DNA of 64,000 nucleotides from Catajapyx aquilonaris (Eukaryota): NCBI GenBank assembly GCA_000934665.2, contig JYFJ02001844.1, positions 1 to 64,000 of the forward strand, read 5' to 3'. Shown piece by piece: positions 60,276 to 64,000 of this stretch (position 1 is its first letter; each line of letters starts with the position of its first letter). The notes under the pieces were generated by a model. It saw only the letters and a program-made list of their open reading frames with translations, ran no database searches and was not told where the DNA came from. The position numbers and the translations under genes were made by a program.

Positions 60276-60450
60276 CCAAATTGGTGCACATTTCACCCCA
60301 ATTTGGTGCACATTTCACCCCAAATTGATGCACATTTCACCCAAATTGATGCACATTTCACCCCAAATTGATGCACATTTCACCCCAAATTGATGCACAT
60401 TTCGCCCCAAATCGGTGCACATTGTACCCAAATCGGTCCATATTGTACAC
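60276..60450. repeat. About 22-bp minisatellite, about 8 copies
   Basis: Tandem units of CCAAATTGRTGCACATTTCACC that degenerate to the right. Confidence 0.9.
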
Positions 60451-61904
60451 ATCTTGATGCATCTTTTACTGACTTAGGTGCAATACTTTACCGTCACTTG
60501 TATGCAAATTTTTGACATTATTTATGAACTGTGATTTTTGTCTACATGACGCACATGGTTGTTGAGAACTTCGGCAGTGCATCACCTCCTATCTATTGTA
60601 CTTCCCACGCCTCCTGCAGAGCTATCTTACTAACCAGGTACTTGCACCTTTAAGAGTTTAATGACCTGCACGATTTTTAATAGTATTGCAGATGATGGAT
60701 GCAATGTGTGGGGGGTTTGGACCATTAAAATTCGTGTGGGGGTTTTTGAGACTCTTCCTTTTCCAGTTTAAGACTGTAAATACAACCCAAAAAAAACGTT
60801 TGAATAAAAAGGGTCAGACTAGGAGGAAATTTTGGCCTCACGATGTACTTTGGGGCCTTGAGTGGGCTGTTTGGAGGAACATGCAGACACGAAAGTAGGG
60901 GGACTCCACCCTGTTCGTTTCATTACCACATCACATGTATATTCTTCACCTGCTGAAAGGTCACACCGGACTGGCTTTAATACGTAACTGGTCAGACTAG
61001 TCGAGTGACACCTGTTTATTCCTTAGATGCGAGTTTAGAATCCTAGAATAATTGAAAGATGACCTGAGGGGGTTGTACTTATGTGAACATGAATGAAATG
61101 GCGTGACTTGAACGTGGGTATGAGATTGGAGCTTGTAATTGAGACTAGAAGGTGTTGGCTCACCTTGAATAATTACGACCATGGTCAAAATTAGTGAATG
61201 AATGTGGCGTATGAGTGACAAGGAGCAATGAACTTCAATATTTTGATTGATGTTTGTACATCCTTGCTATTATTATTCTGGATAGTGTATGTCTCAGGTA
61301 AAATGCAGGTGGGCACATGACATGCTCCAGAAACATGAGGGCCACCGGAGGCTGAGAAAAGTCATCCGCCCACCTTCAAGAAATTCCTAGCATCCGAGAC
61401 CCATAAATCTCAAGACTGCCCAAAGCTTGCCCCCGACTTTATGCAAATGCATCAAGGGTTGGGTTCGGGTGTCTGGTCCCTCCCTGGAAAAAAAAGAAGA
61501 AAAAATTCTGAGGCCTTAATTACATGGCGATTATTGGCGCATCGTGATCATTTCTTGGCAAATGTTGGAGGAACTTTACCTTCCTTCTCAACTCACGCCA
61601 AAAGTTTGCTTCCCAAACTCCTAGCAATTACAAGCCTCTAATTTTCGTGCCTAATTATTGGACCCCCACTCGACTGCTATCCATCCGTGGACACTTCCTT
61701 TTCTAGTACACTTTGCAGGAACTAATAATCTGCTCAGCTGATCCGTGGGAACCAAATTTGCTTAACAGGTTATGCAACAACATGTATGCACAATTTTAGC
61801 AAAAATCAACACGCCAATAGTGCTATACTGCATCTAAGGAAATAGTGTTTGCCGACAGAATTTTCACATCACACCATTTGCGTCTTTAAAATCCCAGAAA
61901 TCCT

Positions 61905-62281
61905 GTGCAGTCTTTTCCTGGCCCATATAGGAAAAGGCTGCACAGGACTTTCCTGGCCCATAGGAAAAGGCTGCACAGGATTTTCCAGGCCCATAAGAAA
62001 AGGCTGCACAGGATTTTCCTGGCCCATAAGAAAAGGCTGCACAGGATTTTCCTGGCCCATAGGAAAAGGCTGCACAGGATTTTCCTGGCCCATAGGAAAA
62101 GGCCAGGATTTCCCTGGCGCCTGGCCCATAGGAAAAGGCTGCACAGGATTTTCCTGCCCCATAGGAAAAGGCCAGGATTTCCCTGGCCAATAGGAAAAGA
62201 CTGCACAGGACTTTCCAGGCCCATTAAGAAAAGGCTGCACAGGATTTTCCTGGCCCAGGAAAAGACTGCACAGGATTTCTG
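61905..62281. repeat. 33-bp minisatellite, about 11 copies
   Basis: Tandem units of GGAAAAGGCTGCACAGGATTTTCCTGGCCCATA with internal deletion variants (GGAAAAGGCCAGGATTTCCCTGG). Confidence 0.92.
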
Positions 62282-64000
62282 GGATTTTGAAGACTGGTTT
62301 GTGAGGTGGCCAATCACGCCTCGGTTAGTAGTATGTCATTTCAACCCTGATACAAACAGCTTACCTGCACTTATTTGCCACGAACGCCAAGTCGTTCCAT
62401 ATAAGTACAACCAATTTACTAACAAGTAGTGGTTAACCACAACCTTATAAGAAAAATTTGGACTTTCCCTCAATTTTAAATTTTCTCAGTCCACTAACAA
62501 GCCCATATCTAATGCTATTAAAATTGTGATGAACTCGATTACTAAACGTTCATGACCAAATGATGTAGATAAGATTATGTCTAGAATTGGGTACAGACCA
62601 GCAAACTTGATAATGACAATGAGCTGCTTGTTGGTTGACAATAAGCGCGAAAATTGGGTCGCGTGGTGTTTTTACACCATATATGGCATTATCTAGACTA
62701 TTGGAAAGTATACATGGCCATGATTTGAAGCCCCTCCAGCTAGCCAGAGGCTCTGGTTATATACTGTATATAGTAGCCGCATAAAGCCGCTGCAACACCG
62801 GTCCACCTACTTACTTCATTCTCACTTGCCATGGCCTTTTACAAGGAGACTTACTTACGCATCTCTTCTCGGATTAATGTAAAGCAGACTATCTTCGGTG
62901 AGCTTCTAGGAGTCCTCGGATGTCATCCTGATACCTGTCAGAATATATTAGTTTTCCATGTACTCAGTGGGTAGCTGCTTCGAAAATGTCGCCCACATGA
63001 TTTTTTTGGAGGAATATACCTTACAGAAGAAGAATTATTATAGCTCGAACTATAGCACTTTTCATGTGAAACAGTTTCAATGATTTGATTCCTGAAATTA
63101 TAGCCCTGTTTTACCAGGTCACAAAATGCTGTATGATGATGTAAAATAAGCTAGTAGGTGGTCATATAGACTGTGCAAAAAGGGCAATAAAAACGAGCCA
63201 AGGACTTTACATTTTTCGCAGTAGGCCTAATTTATGATATGCATGTTTTGAGACTATGTCGGCAGATTAAACCTCGATAATAATCAACTACTGTATATTG
63301 ACCGGACTTTCACACTTTGATGTCATCTGTGACATAAAACAATGCCGACTGGTATTATTCTGGAGGAATATACTTACGTAGTTAGAAGTGAAAGGCAAGT
63401 TGCTTAATGCATTCCGATCATGTATGTGTGGTCTGACTCGACCTTACAAACTCATCGCTTTCTATTCATCAGCAGATTACATTCATTTTTCTTTAGCCAT
63501 TAAGGTTTGTTCCGACAAGGGGCCATCAACACCAAAGAGTTGTGGGGCAGAACCTAAAGTATGTTTTAAAAGGATACCAAAATGGTGGCTTTTCATGTGA
63601 GAGTCATAAATCTGAGCATTTGTGAGTAGGTTGGACTAACATTTGAGTGTAGGTGGATCCCCCATGGCTTTGGGCAAAAGGTGACCATTAGAGGAACCGC
63701 CCCGAAAAAGGAAGATGCGACCCAGGTGTATGGTGACAAACGGTTTCTTCCTTCTACACATCATTGGAGCACACCTACCATGCATGTAATTGCTAGCATG
63801 TGCACAGGTATATTTTTACAATGTACCTAATAACCATGATTAGTCTCGCCCATGTTCATAAACCGCAAACCAGAACTGATTACCCCCCTCGGACCTACTT
63901 GTGATATAACAGTGTGTTAGGAGCAGAAAATAAATATTTAGTTTAAAAACAATCAGGTGTGACATGTGACTGTCCCTTGCTATGACATTACAAGCCACAC

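Noticed and set aside
61849..62429. Repetitive ORFs in five frames, or a CRISPR-like array
   Set aside because: A 33-bp tandem repeat (a multiple of 3) keeps the frames open. There are no unique spacers and the context is eukaryotic.

Overview
This is eukaryotic DNA, most likely insect or other arthropod: GT-AG introns of about 56-60 bp alongside multi-kb introns, a tRNA-derived SINE, a Helitron and MITEs. There are two minus-strand host genes. (1) A very large smoothelin-like/CH-domain gene (Drosophila CG34417-type), reconstructed by hand as about 25 frame-compatible exons from 59715 to 27161 (about 5,100 aa if all are used), with two giant exons (5,076 and 6,105 bp) and three smoothelin repeats each split by a phase-0 intron at the same position. 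(2) The first two coding exons of a PTC7/PPTC7 mitochondrial PP2C phosphatase; the remainder appears to lie left of the window. Each host carries a nested gene. An antisense two-exon gene at 41214-41662 encodes a secreted tandem CSalpha-beta defensin-like precursor (6-Cys domain, KR site, strongly acidic 8-Cys domain) with a TATA box and kappaB-like sites. A same-strand intronless ORF at 14828-15589 has a BC-box/Cul2-box-like N-terminus followed by leucine-rich repeats. The PPTC7 introns are also rich in long inverted repeats. All exon boundaries and family calls were read by eye; no database searches were run.
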